Positions 25,796 to 39,032 of a stretch of DNA of 64,000 bases are shown here, in pieces. Made by a program: the position numbers and the translations under genes. The notes below the pieces were generated by a model, which was not told the DNA's origin, did no database searches, and saw only the letters and a program-made list of their open reading frames with translations. Source of the DNA: Callorhinchus milii (Eukaryota); the NCBI RefSeq assembly GCF_018977255.1, contig NW_024704761.1, positions 8,370,001 through 8,434,000 on the forward strand, given 5' to 3'. Each line of letters starts with the position of its first letter. Position 1 is the first letter of the stretch.

Positions 25796-25991
25796 GTATT
25801 TTGTTGCTTTTCACCCTTTTCTGATAATTGTGGTACTGTAAATCATGATAATTATTTTATACGACAATATTCACAAACTATTCCTATGTGTGTTTACATA
25901 GAGCATGTTTACATAGTATTTGCAAAGTGTTGGAAAATAACTTAATATCTATATATTTCATTTTACTAATTCCAATATATTTCTCTTGAAG

Positions 25992-26099
25992 CCTTGCCAT
26001 AATTTATGGTGTATTTTCTGCCTCAAATCTGTTGGCTCCATCGATTGTTGCTGTTATTGGACCTCAACTTTCCATGATCTTCAGTGGATTCATTTACAG
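25992..26099 (+). CDS. MFSD11: MFSD11 exon 3
   Basis: LAIIYGVFSASNLLAPSIVAVIGPQLSMIFSGFIY; 108 nt. Confidence 0.94.
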
Positions 26100-26906
26100 G
26101 TAAAGTAGTCAGATCATGAACTCATTTTCTTTTTTAGTCTGTGGTTTTCATTCTGTTTTCCTTGCTGGTTCTTTCTGTTTGCGTACAAGTACCTCAAAAG
26201 AAATATAAAAATATATTAGTTATGGAAATGTTTAAATATATTAATTTAAGTTGAAATATAACTTGTACCTCATATACTCAGTAATTGTGCACTGAATAAA
26301 CAGGCGGGTCCAGCCATTTCATTATTACATCCTTGATTTTAAATTGGGTTAAATTAATTTGATTTATTAATTAATTTGAATCTGTTGCTCCTTTGTAATT
26401 CACCAGTCTGAATAGGACACGGGATGGCTGAGGGGGTGAGTCTTTGGTTTACATCTACGTAAGGATTATATACTGGTTTGTTGCTTCATATTATTTTGGC
26501 TGAATGGAACAGTATTCCCATTTGTGAAATGCATTTTGGGCATTAATCGGTCAGAAATCGTATGGGTTCAGATAATAAAACTATTTATTCCAAAAAAGCA
26601 CCTTTAAATGGAGCTTTAGACAAATGTTTTCAACAGTGTATTTTTTTTGCCCATCTCGGTGAGATTACAAGTTGTGGCCAGTTTTGTCTTGTGGACTCCT
26701 GCTCACTACGAACGATCAACAATTGCTTCAATATGACAGAGTGGGGGGGAGCTACTATCAAAATCAAGGCATCAGAGCTAAAAGGACGATATGCTAATTC
26801 ATTGCATCACTTAATCTTGCCTTGCTTTTTTTAAAATCTGTTCTTGACATAAACCTGTTCGCACTTAAAGAATCTTGATCTGAAACGCGTCTCCATTGTC
26901 TTTCAG

Positions 26907-26986
26907 TGCTTATGTTGCAGTTTTCATTGAGCCGTACACTTGGTCCTTTTACCTAGCTTCAGTCATTATTGGGATAGCAGCTGCAG
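26907..26986 (+). CDS. MFSD11: MFSD11 exon 4
   Basis: AYVAVFIEPYTWSFYLASVIIGIAAA; CAG|GTAAGA donor; 80 nt. Confidence 0.94.
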
Positions 26987-27119
26987 GTAAGAAATGTCCT
27001 GTTTTTTTTTAATTTCTGGTCATAAGCGATACAAATGCAACTAAGTGAGGAAGGATACTTTGTGCATTGTGTTGGCCAATAAGTCAAACCTTCCATTTCA
27101 TGAATTGACGTAATACAAA

Positions 27120-27700
27120 ATCAACATAGGAATCAGGGGTAGGCCATTCGGCCCCTCGAGGCTGCCTCGCCATTCAATGAGATCCTGGCTTCTAACTTAA
27201 TTCCATCTGCTCACCTTATCCCCATATCCCTTAATTCCTCTATCCTTTAGAAACTTATAAATCTCAGTCTTGAGTATGTTCAAGGACTGAGCATCCACAG
27301 CCTTCTGGGGTAGAGAATTCTATAAATTCTATAAATAGTGAATTTATAGAATTCTCTACCCTCTGAGCGAAGAAGTGTTTTCTCAACTCTGTTCGAAAAG
27401 CTGACCCTTAATCTTAAGACAGTGACCCACTAGTTATAGTCTCTCCTACCAAGGGAAACAGTCTCACAGTGTCTACTCTGTCAGGCCCCCATAAGAATTC
27501 TACATGTTTCTACAAGATCACGACCTAATTCTTCTATATTCTCTAGAATATAGGCCTCGTTTACTCAACCTATCCTCATAGGTCAACCCCCTCATCCCAG
27601 GAACTAACTAGTGAATCTACACTGCGCCTCCTCCCCTCTAAGGCGAGTGTGTCCTTCCTTAAATAAGGAGACCAAAACTGCACACAATATTCTAGGTATT
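27120..27700 (-). mobile_element. CR1 LINE 3' fragment
   Basis: Minus strand LEYCVQFWSPYLRKD, typical of the CR1 RT C-terminus; 3' end GGCCGAATGGCCT. Related pieces near 8770, 36430, 41450(+), 51395. Confidence 0.85.
27308..27361. repeat. Perfect 22-bp inverted repeat, 10-nt spacer
   Basis: GGGTAGAGAATTCTATAAATTC / GAATTTATAGAATTCTCTACCC. Confidence 0.95.
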
Positions 27701-28169
27701 GTGAATAAATAACACTCATGGAGGAAGAAACTGAAATTAATTTCCTTTGATAGAGTCCTATGTAGTCTTTGATTAAAATGTACTGTTTGCACATTATGTC
27801 TATCTTCTGTTATTTTACCCACTGTTTATCTGGAAATTTAATGTGAGATAGCTACAGGCCCACAGTGTTTGAGATGGGAATAGAGTCATTACTCATTAAC
27901 CATGATCGATCGTGTAATACAAAGCTCATTGTTCAAATGGTCTGAAGCGCATCTTCTTATTAAATTATGAAGCCTAAGAATACTACACATTTGTGGCATG
28001 GCAATTGTAGATTTGTAATTCAACTTTACATCAATGGATAATATTTTGTAAAGTTCCCTTGGATTCTCGTAGCAAATTTAAACTGATTTAAATGTATTAC
28101 TAGAATGGTAGAAGACTAGCCCAAAATAGTTTTGTAACTTTTCTCTCTGTTGCTTGATTTTTTTTTTAG

Positions 28170-28266
28170 TGCTTTGGACAGCCCAGGGCAACTGTTTGAC
28201 GATAAACTCAGATGAAAACACCATTGGAAGGAACAGTGGCATATTTTGGGCGCTCCTACAATTTAG
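28170..28266 (+). CDS. MFSD11: MFSD11 exon 5
   Basis: LWTAQGNCLTINSDENTIGRNSGIFWALLQF (UNC-93 family motif); 97 nt. Confidence 0.95.
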
Positions 28267-28735
28267 GTATTTATGAAAAGGATGCGCTTTCGCTAAATTA
28301 GAATGAGGGTTCAGATGATCCAAAGTGAGATTAGTAAGTGTTTCTTTGCACAGAGAGGCATAAATAGAATCAGTTTATCTAGCCTCTCTGCACTGCCACA
28401 GAAGGCATAGATAGAAACAGTTTAAAAGGAAGTAGATATTTTGCCCCCAAATATACAATCAATTCACTTTAAAGTGTATTCTGTCAAGCACTTTGAAATG
28501 TCTAGAAGACGTGAAAAGCGCAGTATCAAATGCAAGTATTATTTGAAGTAAGAAGGTAAGTGAAACAAAAAATAGGAGTAAAAGATCTGCCTTGATCTAA
28601 TAAACTGGCAGAGCAAGCTTGGTGGGCTGAATGATCTCCTTTTTCTAACTGAAATGCTGAATTGTATGGCATTTATCTAACCATTGGGCACCGTTCATTC
28701 AGAATTAGAGTTAATACTTTATTTTTTTTCTCCAG

Positions 28736-28794
28736 TCTTCTTTTTGGAAACCTCTATATATATTTTGCTTGGAAAGGAGAAAAACACATTTCAG
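28736..28794 (+). CDS. MFSD11: MFSD11 exon 6
   Basis: LLFGNLYIYFAWKGEKHIS; 59 nt. Confidence 0.93.
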
Positions 28795-29279
28795 GTTAGT
28801 ACTGGCAATTGAATCTTAACATTGTTTCGTTCCAGCACATTATGCTTAATAAGCAGTGCTTAATGAACTCTCATATGTGAGTGAAGTTTTCTTGTATTTG
28901 TGCAGAGTTAGCTGACGTGAGAGTTGCAACAAAATCCTGTTTAAGCGCTTTTGGACGTTAGCCCGCGTGAAGGGTGCTATATAAATGCATGTTGGTTTTG
29001 GATATCCTGAGGATCAAGAATTATATTTAACATTGTGGGATTTCCTACCATGTCCACTTTGCCTCTTAAAAGATGCATGACAGCAAACATTGCACATGTG
29101 TGATGTTTTCTTGTCCTGGACAAACGAACGTGTTTGCTTTACCTACTTTCCCAGTTATAGTATCCAACATTCTTTGCTTCTGGAATAAAACCCAATTTTC
29201 ATTATTTCTGCTAACTACTGTTTTTGTAGTTGTGCATTAATTGTTTTGTGTTCATTTACTTTTCTCTTTTGAACTGCAG

Positions 29280-29427
29280 ATCATGACCGCAGGACAGTTT
29301 TTATTGCGCTAACGGTGATTAGTTTGGTGGGAAGCCTTTTGCTGTTCCTTATAAGGAAACCCAACTCTGCAGTTTTGCTGTGTACAGATGAGCCAATGTC
29401 TGATGAGGATACTGAAAACATACTTTT
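29280..29427 (+). CDS. MFSD11: MFSD11 exon 7
   Basis: HDRRTVFIALTVISLVGSLLLFLIRKP...; TT|GTAAGT donor. Confidence 0.92.
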
Positions 29428-30124
29428 GTAAGTTCTCTTCAGATGACATTCATTGTTCAAAACATCTAGACTACTGAATATTTTTTTTTGCATTTCAAAT
29501 TGGCTGCCGTGTTTCACCCACAACATATGCAGTCAATTCACTTTACAGTATAATCTGAAGCGCTTTGAGACACTTCGAAGATGTGATAAGGCGCAATATC
29601 AAATGCAATGATTATTTATTATTATTTCTACACTTGACATTGGTGACTGTCAGTCTTATTGTGTATATCTGTGAATACGCAATATATTTCTATATCACAG
29701 TACATTTCTATTTCTACAATTTGAGGTGTTCTGTTGACTGCAATATCACTATTGTAATAACCTATTTGCACACTTCCAAACCAGATCATTTCTCACAGTT
29801 GAAGTAAATGAAGAATGTATCAGGTAATAGTAAATCTACTTGGTCACGGTAAACAGTATTTTGTTTGGCATTCCGGGTAGCATTCATACTTTCAGCAAAA
29901 TGTCAATTTGTGTACCATTCTGTGAATTCAGTGCATGTAATTTAGAAGTTTAAGAAGAAAATTGCAGGATCAGACAACCTAACTTTTACAAAGCTTATCC
30001 ACAACAATGCATTAATCAGATGACCACAGTTAAAAGTATTGCTTTATGTTGTGCACAGAGGGAAAAGGCTGTACTTTAATTGAATTGATCAGTAGTGCAG
30101 TAGTCCCCAGTCCTTGCCAGACTG

Positions 30125-30520
30125 CACTGGCCGCCTATCCCAGAGAGGATCGACTTCAAGATCCTCACCCTCATATTCATGTCTCTGCACCCCCTCTACC
30201 TCTCCGACCTCCTCTCCTCAAAACAGCACCCGTTCCCTTCGTTCCTCCGAGTCTGGCCTCCTCCTTGTCCCCTGAGTCCTCCGCTCCACCCTCGGCGGCC
30301 GTGCCTTCAGCCACTATGCCCAGAGGCTCTGTAACTGCCTTCCTAACTCCCTTCGTCTCGCTCCCTCCCTTCCGATTTTCAGGTCTCTGAACACCTTTTC
30401 GACTTCGCCTTTGGTCACCATCCCCCCCTCCCCCCGGCTCGGTCCTGGGATCCGAAACTGTAAAGTGCTCTGAGACGCCGTCCGGCGGGGAGGGCGCAAT
30501 ATAAATCCAAGTTGTTGTTG
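30125..30520 (+). mobile_element. L2 LINE 3' fragment
   Basis: CTGCACTGG..AGGATCGACTTCAAGATCCTC (LHW..RIDFKIL-like) and tail GGCGCAATATAAATCCAAGTTGTTGTTG. Related pieces near 5390, 7110(-), 12380, 24780(-), 25290, 42590. Confidence 0.8.
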
Positions 30521-30601
30521 CTTTATGTCTTTTGTTCATTATTGGGGTTTATCAATACTACTGTTTACTTACGAATTGACAATGTTTTTCCTTGTTTACA
30601 G

Positions 30602-30639
30602 ATCTCAAAGGGGAGGATCGAAAGCGTTAGATGCATTCA
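30602..30639 (+). CDS. MFSD11: MFSD11 exon 8
   Basis: SQRGGSKALDAF; A|GTAAGT donor; 38 nt. Confidence 0.85.
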
Positions 30640-30730
30640 GTAAGTGAACGTTCACGTCTACAATTATTGGCAATATTTTTTATCCACAATTTTTTTATAT
30701 GTGCTAACTGATGCATTCTTTTGGTAACAG

Positions 30731-30795
30731 AAGTTCAATCCAGTTATTCTTCACCAAAGAAATGCTGCTTCTCAGTGTTTGTATTGCATACACAG
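30731..30795 (+). CDS. MFSD11: MFSD11 exon 9 (1 nt short for frame with exon 8)
   Basis: SSIQLFFTKEMLLLSVCIAYT; CAG|GTGAGC donor; see the frame finding. Confidence 0.85.
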
Positions 30796-31274
30796 GTGAG
30801 CTCATCCCTCAAACTATCTTATAAAGATACTGGAGTAAATGTTTAGTCTACATTTTACATGGCAAAGTAGAAGTAATTTTGCAGTACTTTAACCCATTGC
30901 TTTGCAAGAAACTATTTTCTTTATGGTGCAGTAGCAACATAAATTGATATCTAAAGGATAATATTGCTGTATAATTTTACAAATATTTTGCTCATGGATT
31001 ACATTTCCACAAGGGTTAGCTCGGAAAGTTTATTTCAGGCCTCTAGCATAATTCACTGTTATGATCTGAAATTTGGTATGTAGGGAATTGCAGACCAAAT
31101 CACCGTGGTAAACCCAGTGAGTTGCCCAAGGCTTCCATTTCAGAAACCTGTTATCATTGGGATGTAGTACCTTATATCAGTGGCAAGAGTTGCTAACATT
31201 GTTTAGAGCTTCAGATTGGGGAGAAGAGTCTAAATAATAAGATGGTGATAATATTTATATTGTTTTCTTTGTAG

Positions 31275-31400
31275 GCCTTGAATTAACCTTTTTTAGTGGT
31301 GTCTATGGAACCTCTCTGGGGGCAATGAACCAGTTTGGGGATGAAGCCAAAAGTATGGTTGGATTAGCTGGCATCTTTATTGGCGTTGGAGAAATCATAG
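31275..31400 (+). CDS. MFSD11: MFSD11 exon 10
   Basis: LELTFFSGVYGTSLGAMNQFGDEAKSMVGLAGIFIGVGEII; 126 nt. Confidence 0.95.
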
Positions 31401-31492
31401 GTTTGTAATCTTATTTGAACTGGTATTTATAGTTCAGTTTATTAAGTGGAATTGCACTGCATTTTTATTTTTCCACATGTTTTTATTTCTAG

Positions 31493-31667
31493 GTGGAGGA
31501 ACCTTTGGTTTGTTCAACCAATACCATAATTTTGGGAGAAACCCTATAGTTCTTCTGGGTTTATTGACGCATGTTGTCGCCTTCTATTTGATATTCCTGA
31601 ACGTACCTAGTGTAGCACCAATCGTATCTGAGGAAGGAACTAATGATATTGCATACTTATTTCCAAG
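31493..31667 (+). CDS. MFSD11: MFSD11 exon 11
   Basis: GGTFGLFNQYHNFGRNPIVLLG...AYLFP; 175 nt. Confidence 0.95.
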
Positions 31668-32101
31668 GTGAGTCTTTGTTTTGTCTAAACAGAATTAGGT
31701 TGCAGGTCAATTTGACTTCCAAAGATTGCTTTATCAGGACCTATGTGTGGCGTATTTCAGCTACATTTTATTGAAAAGGAATAAAATAAATAAAATGAAT
31801 TCAAATAAAAAGGAATGGCTGAAGGCCATTGTGGGGAAATTCCTGCCAGTTCTTTGGGTGTGTGCCCCAAGAGACTTCCAAGATCAGACTACCTTTTAAT
31901 CATGTTAAAAGAAAGTAATGCACTAAACTGGCTCTAAAATATTTTTTTATCTTGCAACTTTTACACAATAGCAATTATAAGTCTTACAGAATTAAAATGA
32001 TGGATAGGTACTGTATAGAGTTTGATATAGATTCTTCATTCACTATTGACTCTTCTCCCCTCTCTTCCTCCTTCCCTTCATTTTTTTCTCACCCCCGCCA
32101 G

Positions 32102-32237
32102 CAAAGCGATTGCTGTAGTTTGCAGTTTCCTTCTGGGATTCGGTGACAGCTGTTTCAACACACAGGTCATCAGCATTTTGGGGTTTATGTATTCCCAAGA
32201 AAGTGCTTCTGCATTTGCTGTGTTCAAGTTTGTCCAA
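32102..32237 (+). CDS. MFSD11: MFSD11 exon 12
   Basis: KAIAVVCSFLLGFGDSCFNTQ...AFAVFKFVQ; 136 nt. Confidence 0.95.
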
Positions 32238-32458
32238 GTAAGAATGAAAAGCGCTTTGAGGCATCTTCCCGACATGAGGCGCTATATAAGTGTATATTGT
32301 ACTGTATTATAAAAGCTTTTTAGTGCAGTGTTAGCAGACAGCTTTTGTTTAGTTATAAAGTGGAGCTAGGTTTGAATATATCTCTTATAACATTGTTAAT
32401 TTCATACAAAATAACATTTTTATCATGTATATTAAAGCTTGGGTTTACTTTTTTCCAG

Positions 32459-32620
32459 TCTATCTGTGCCGCGATTGCATTTGGCTACAGCAATTATCTT
32501 CTACTTCAGTGGCAACTTCTTATCCTGGTGCTGGTTGGATTCCTTGGCACAGTATCCTTCTTCCTGGTCGAGTGGAAGGCAGAGGCTATTTCCCGTGGCA
32601 CTGATTACGATCGCATTTAA
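32459..32620 (+). CDS. MFSD11: MFSD11 exon 13 (stop)
   Basis: SICAAIAFGYSNYLLLQWQLLILV...GTDYDRI then TAA; candidate AATAAA at 33282 and 36191. Confidence 0.95.
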   Translation, partial: SICAAIAFGYSNYLLLQWQLLILVLVGFLGTVSFFLVEWKAEAISRGTDYDRI

Positions 32621-35600
32621 TTAAGAAGATGGCATCCGACGGATCCAATTGAATGCAAACCTATTCAATTTTGCCATACATTTTTTGCGAGTAATAATTT
32701 TGCTAACTTTATGGATGGTGGTCCCTAAAATTTTAAAACCTGACTTTACTTTGTTGTCCAACATCATGTTGCAAGATGAAATTAACTGGAGGAGATATCC
32801 AAGGAAGTTTAATGATGCCTCAAAATGTTAAAATTCAGCACTTTTCTAAACTTCCGAAATTTCAGGTAGCCAATTGAACTTATTGTATAGAAGTAATTTT
32901 GGATACTGTTTGTGTAAATTTCTGAGATGGTGGCGAAAAAGGATTTTATTGCTGGCTGAACAGTTTCATGTCAAAAGATACTGCATTTGAAACTTGTACT
33001 TAGATTATTGCAAAGTATTTGTATTTTTCTTTTCACACTTGGGCTTTTCAGAATTTTTTTTTTTCTCCACCTTTCACGGCGGGAGGACATGCCGAGGTGC
33101 TGAACAGTCAGGGGTCAGGACCCAAGCGTCGGGAGCAGGGTTGGGATGAGGGAGGGCAGAGAGGGTAGGAGGGTGGCTGAAGGCACAGTCAGAATGGAGT
33201 AATATTTCATATTAGTTTCTAGTATGAAAGGGGATCTGTATTTGAAACTTCATTTTTATTTCACCAAGTTAGGTTTGGTATAATAAAGCCTTTATAAGGC
33301 ACTTGATTATAACGTGGGTCCCAGGAACTCACTTACCCCAAATCAATTCAAATTCAGGTACCAGCTCCAATGGCACTTAAAATCATCGTGTGCAGAAATT
33401 AGCATCACCTGCAACCTGTTGAACTGAATATTGGCCATTTTGCCAATTTGTGCCCTGATTGGAGGTTTGATGCACATGAGTGCAGGAGTGCTGACCAGCG
33501 ATCACACCCCATTATAACCCAGTTGGAATTTTGTAAACTTCCAACAGCTCCGGTATAACAGGGCTTCACTGTAGTATTTTACTGATCTACGCTTATTGTT
33601 TAAACTAGCTGTACCTGTTGCAGATTCGCTTGCAACCAAAGGATCCAATATGGAATGTAGATTGACACAGGCATTTCATCTTTATACTCCTCTGGGAGGA
33701 CTCGGCGCTTTACAAATTTTGTTGTTGTTGCCGCGGCTTAGCTTTGCCTGTGTTCTTATTTTGTTCCCGCCGCTTGGCTATATGCTCGCTCTGTGCTGCA
33801 GGGTGCCACAGCGCCACAGTCAGCCGGCCTGGCCGCCCGGTGAAACCGCGGTGCGTGGGTACATAGGTGCTCTGGGACTCACGGTGCCACAGTGCCATTT
33901 TGACTCAGTGGCTACCAGGTGTAACTGCAGTACAAAACGCAAAACTGAAAATAACTCATGAGCGAAAACAAATATGCCCGTGTCACTCTCAGATGCAAGG
34001 CCTTTCCGATGAGGTATAAATCATGTGTCTACGGCAATCGGATAATGAGATCCTTCTTGAAGCGCAAACAGACATTGCCGTTTTATTAGTATGTATATAT
34101 GTATGTATATATATGTGAACAGAAGATAAATGTCCACAAACCACGATTGTTTGTGGGACCCTGCTGTGTGCAATTGGCTGCCGCGTTTTACCCACAAAAT
34201 AGTCAATTCACTTTACAGTATATTCTGCGAAGCGCTTTGAGACGGCTCGAAGATGTGATACAGCACTATATCAAGTGCAAGTGTTATTATTATAAAGACC
34301 ACAAGTGCTATACCTAAGAGTTTCATTTAATTAAAATGTTTCTCTTACCTGTCAATTTAAGAGCTATTGAGAATTTCTTTGTTTAGATTTACTGCTCTGA
34401 TTTTATGGCCTGTAAAATAATATTTATGTTTTTTGTACAGTATTCATCTTCAATAATCCCATATTGCATCAAACCACACACTAGGCACCCGGGAGCCGAG
34501 GATATGAATCCAGCTCATACAGTTGGTTTATTCCATAAGAACGGATCAAACTAATGTGAGATCAGCCAGCTTGATGTCTACACCAGTCCTACATGTTCAG
34601 AATTGAGCCACAAGTGTTTGAGTTGGATACTGATTTGAATTCAGTTGAATAGATTCTACAGACTTTAAGACCACAATGTCGGTCTATTTTTGTAATGGAA
34701 TTCTAACAGATTGTATAATTACGCAATTGTTTAGAAGTGCGCCTCCTGACTATTTACAATAGAAGGTTAGTGAATTAATAGAGGGATATGAATTTTGTTT
34801 AACTTTTTGACTGCTGATCCAGGGGACTGACTTGACCAAAATGTCATTGATTAGCAGTGGTGAATTCTCAAACATGTTTTATTTCCAGTGCTCTAATTAC
34901 AGAATGAGCATTGCCTTCTAAATTTAAAGCTTCAACCACTTTATTTTGACCACTTGGTTTAGTGGTATCAGTAATTTACTATTTTTTTAATAGACTTTGT
35001 AAAATATTTTTAAAATTAAGATGGTCAGTTGGCATTTTCTTTGTCATGGGGACCAGTGTTGCATATTTGTTTTCTTTCAGTCCAATATGCAAATATTTTG
35101 AGAGTTTTTTGGATCCATATTCACCCACAAAATACACAATCCCTACTTTGAGACGTCTCGATAACGTGATAAGTCGTTAGGTCAAATGTAAGAATTATTA
35201 TTATTAATGTGTACCACAGGAGAAAAGCACCAGTAGATTCTTAGATAATGGGGGAGATGAGCTAAAGGGCAAGAATTTTTTAAATATTGTAAAAACAATC
35301 GATTTTACTGCTTCAGTTGTGAATTCACCATTCCTGGTAGCTTCTTTTGCAACGATGGGTTCTTCTGCCAGCATTGTACCAATGTGCAATGCTCTTCAAA
35401 TCACTGTTTTGTAAGGCAAAATATGGGTCGTGCCCAGTTATCATTGTAGTGATTATTAGTGACTATTTTCATGCTTACTCTTGGGTTTTGGACAGATAAC
35501 GATTAACATTGATCTTTTAAATTGGATTTCAAGCATAAGTGGGCTCAAGACTTTTTATTCAAATGTTTGGTTATCCAGCTTACCCTACGCATTCACACTG

Positions 35601-38205
35601 ATAAACTATAAATGCACCATAGATTTGGCATTAGATCAGGCCTGTGTGTGCACCAATGTATTAATCACCTTTTATTCAGATAGAGGCAAAATGGCCTTTA
35701 TATTGTACTCACTGCATTGGAAACATGGATATCCAAATGTTGCTTCATGTTGAAGCTCTTGTAAATGGGTGCTTGCTTCTGTGACACAGTATTGTGGTAC
35801 AAAGCTGTCAGTCTAAACTGAGACCTGTACCTCAAATCAAAGTTATCTGTTGCTGCTTTTTGGATCAACAAACTTTCGAAATTTCAGTAAGAAATGTGTT
35901 TGATGTGAAAGGGATCAGGAATATCATGTTCACAAAATCTCGAACATTTTGGTATAAAAATTTGTATGATGTGAAAAGGATCGGGTGTTATCTTGACTTA
36001 AAATGTCTTTTGTCATCTGATTGCATTGGGATTTGGTGTCATGCGACACTAACTGATTTGGTAGGCTGTTACTAACGTTTCCTAAGACTTACAAAACTAC
36101 ATGATAGCAGAACACGCATCCCAATCCACGTGATGTTGAAGAGCAAAGTGCAATATTATTTATTTTGCCATTCTATTTGTTTCAATTTAAAATAAAGGTA
36201 ATTGTATCTCACCAGGTGCGTCTGCTTTTTCGAAAATAGTTTTGACAAAAGTAGCATTTTCATTCATAAGACACGTGTTTTATCTGAGCTCGGAAGGTGT
36301 CGCGCTGGAATTCTTAAGTACAAAGATCACGTCCACTATTGTGTTTGTTTCCACTATTTGTTAGACAATATGTTATTTTAAGGGGGGATGTAAAATGTAA
36401 CCGATTTTAATCGTTCAAAGGGTATATGTCAGAATAGGAACAGGAGTAGGCCAGTCAACCCCTCGAGCCTGTTCCGCCATTCTATTCACGTCATGGCTGA
36501 TCTGTAGCTTGAGAAAATATTGAGTTTACACCCATTTTAAAACTAGTCTGAGGTAATGCCTCTTAGGCTGTAGCGAGGTTTGCTTTATTCAATCAGAGCT
36601 TTTGTCAGTTTGGCTTAGATGATCGCATCCTTGTCTCTGGGTGAGGAGTTTCTCATTGAAGCTTTATGCCAGGATGTGAGATCATAAGATATTGGCTGAA
36701 ACTCTGCCAGTGCTGCACTTTTGCAGCTATTAATATCTGAAGCAATAAATAGAGCTCTTATTTGATCTGGCGACTCCTGCTGTTCCAAAAGTTTTTGGTG
36801 ATCTGTGATTAATATTCCTCCCTCATTTGGCACCCAAAATATTAATTGGTCATCTCGTTGCTCTTTGTGGAATGTTAATAGTGCAAGTTAACAGCTACAT
36901 TTACAGACATTAAAAAGTCACTATTTGTTAAAAACGTATCTAATTGCATGGATTGCTTTTGAGGCATTTTGAAAGGCGCTATATTAAATGCATTTTCTTT
37001 GCCAGTTAAGGGAAATGACTTGCTTGGGATCATCTGAGAAGATTATTAAATAAATTGTTTTTAAATAGGCAAACCAGCTTTGCTTAACTTGACCTGCGGA
37101 GAAGGCTCTTTTGCTTGGGTGTAAGGAGTAGTGTGGTGTATAAAACCCTGGCATGGACTTGTTGGGCTAAATGGGCATGTTGTACACTCTCTAGGTCTAT
37201 GCTCCATTAAAAACTAGTTGCATTTGTGTTATTTCCAAAATTATGTGGAATTATACGACAAGGAAGCTGACCATTTGGCCCAACTACTCTGCGCTGGGGA
37301 GATGAGGAAGATTCTGATGCAAACTGGAGAGAGGGATGAGAATAATCTGAGAATAATCTTCTCAGAGATCCCAAGCATGAACATTTCCACTCGGAGCAAA
37401 GTTTAAGGTGTACTATCGCCATGCATTTCGCAACCATATGGGAAACCCCTGTGGCTATGGACTTTAGGGATGCAATTCCATCAAAGTACTTGAGGCCCAA
37501 AGTAGAGAGAATAAACTGCACTGTTTTCCCATTCAAACTAATTAATAGTGAGTGTAGCCAAAAGACTCTACTGTGGTGTGCAAATTATACATTGTCAATT
37601 TGAACACACACTATATTCTAGTTCTTGACATTGCAGGATCTGTATTAATTTGAATTAACAAAATTAACCATGTTACAAACCAAAACCGCTTACATATGAT
37701 AAAAGCATACCACTGTTTTCAATTTTTTACATAAATAACTGCACGTAAGGGTTTTTCTTTTTGAAACCAATGTCTTAAAATTGGTGCAAAAGTAGTCATA
37801 AAGTGACATAAAAATGAAAAGCTACCAAACCTTTAGAATGTACAACAAATTCTTCAGACAGGAAAGTAGAGAGCGCAAAATATCACATCGTTCTGAATGA
37901 CAAAGTGAGTTGTCAAAACAATGTTTTAAAAAAAATGGATACAGTGTAGGATGTAGTAGAATAACAGGGAAAAAAAACATTTTCTCTCCATTGTCATCTA
38001 CCATTGACTTGGTTCTCTAGTTACACAGTATAAAATTTGTTAGCTTTGGCTAAATAATTTAACCGAAAAGACTACGAAACGACTACAGAAAAAAAATGTA
38101 CATTTCACTCCAGCAGTCGTGCGATTATAAAATGTAACAGAAATGTCCTCAGTTACAGTGGTGTTCAAACACCTGATGTTTTACTCCTCCTTGGCACAGG
38201 GTCGG

Positions 38206-38348
38206 TCAATTCTGGAGGCTCCACACCTCCAAAAACTGGATCTGAAAGTTCTCTGAACAGAGGGGTGGATTTTCAAAAGTGTCACAGCGCTGCGTTCTCC
38301 CATGGTGCAAGTCAGCATCTATGTTTAATGCTTGGCCATTTCCACCTC
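38206..38348 (-). CDS. TBC1D24-like exon 7 (TLDc C-terminus, stop)
   Basis: [46 protein letters not shown] then TGA; ccgcag acceptor. Confidence 0.93.
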
Positions 38349-38689
38349 CTGCGGAATGTGTAAGGAACAATTGCTCTTAATTCACATTGGCAATATCCTC
38401 TTTGTAAATGATCAATTTCATGAGCTGATTAGTTTAAAGAGTTGTGCAACTGTAACAGCTTAGACATACAGAAAGTGTTCTAAGAGTGTTGCCCTGCATC
38501 AGGAAATAAAGAACTTTGTGTGCTTAATTTATCGACAATCTACTTAAGAATGGTTTCTGACTGAAGAATAATGGCCTCAGGCACTAATTCAACAAACCAG
38601 CGCTGTAGCCTGCCAATTAACGCCACTCTGGAAGTATTTGCTCAAACTTGGATGAAGGGATTAAGGTACCAATCATTAAAGTTCCTTAC

Positions 38690-39032
38690 CGATAATTATT
38701 GATTTATTAGTTCCTGCCATGAACATGGAGGCAGTTTTCGAAGGTCGTTTGAAGCATCGGAGTGCGAGGAATGGAGAAAGACGTTCAGTCGTCATTACAG
38801 TCGGAACAGTCAGATAATTGGAATTCTGTTCTGGGGTCGGGTCAGAGGCTGAGCAAAGTACTGGAGACGAGAACCGGCGGGGAGAACCTGGAGACTGCGA
38901 CCAAGGTGGAGAGCGAGAGAATCGGGAAGAAGTTACTGAGGGTGAGCGGGAGCAAAGAGACGAATGGGCAGCCTTGGTTATCTTGGGATGTTTAACTATC
39001 ACCCACTCGTAACGATTGGTTTCGGGGCGTAA
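38690..39032 (-). CDS. TBC1D24-like exon 6 (TLDc with Ser/Pro-rich insert)
   Basis: LRPETNRYEWVIVKHP...ERLSPFLALRCF...SMFMAGTNKSIII; G|GTAAGG donor. Confidence 0.92.
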
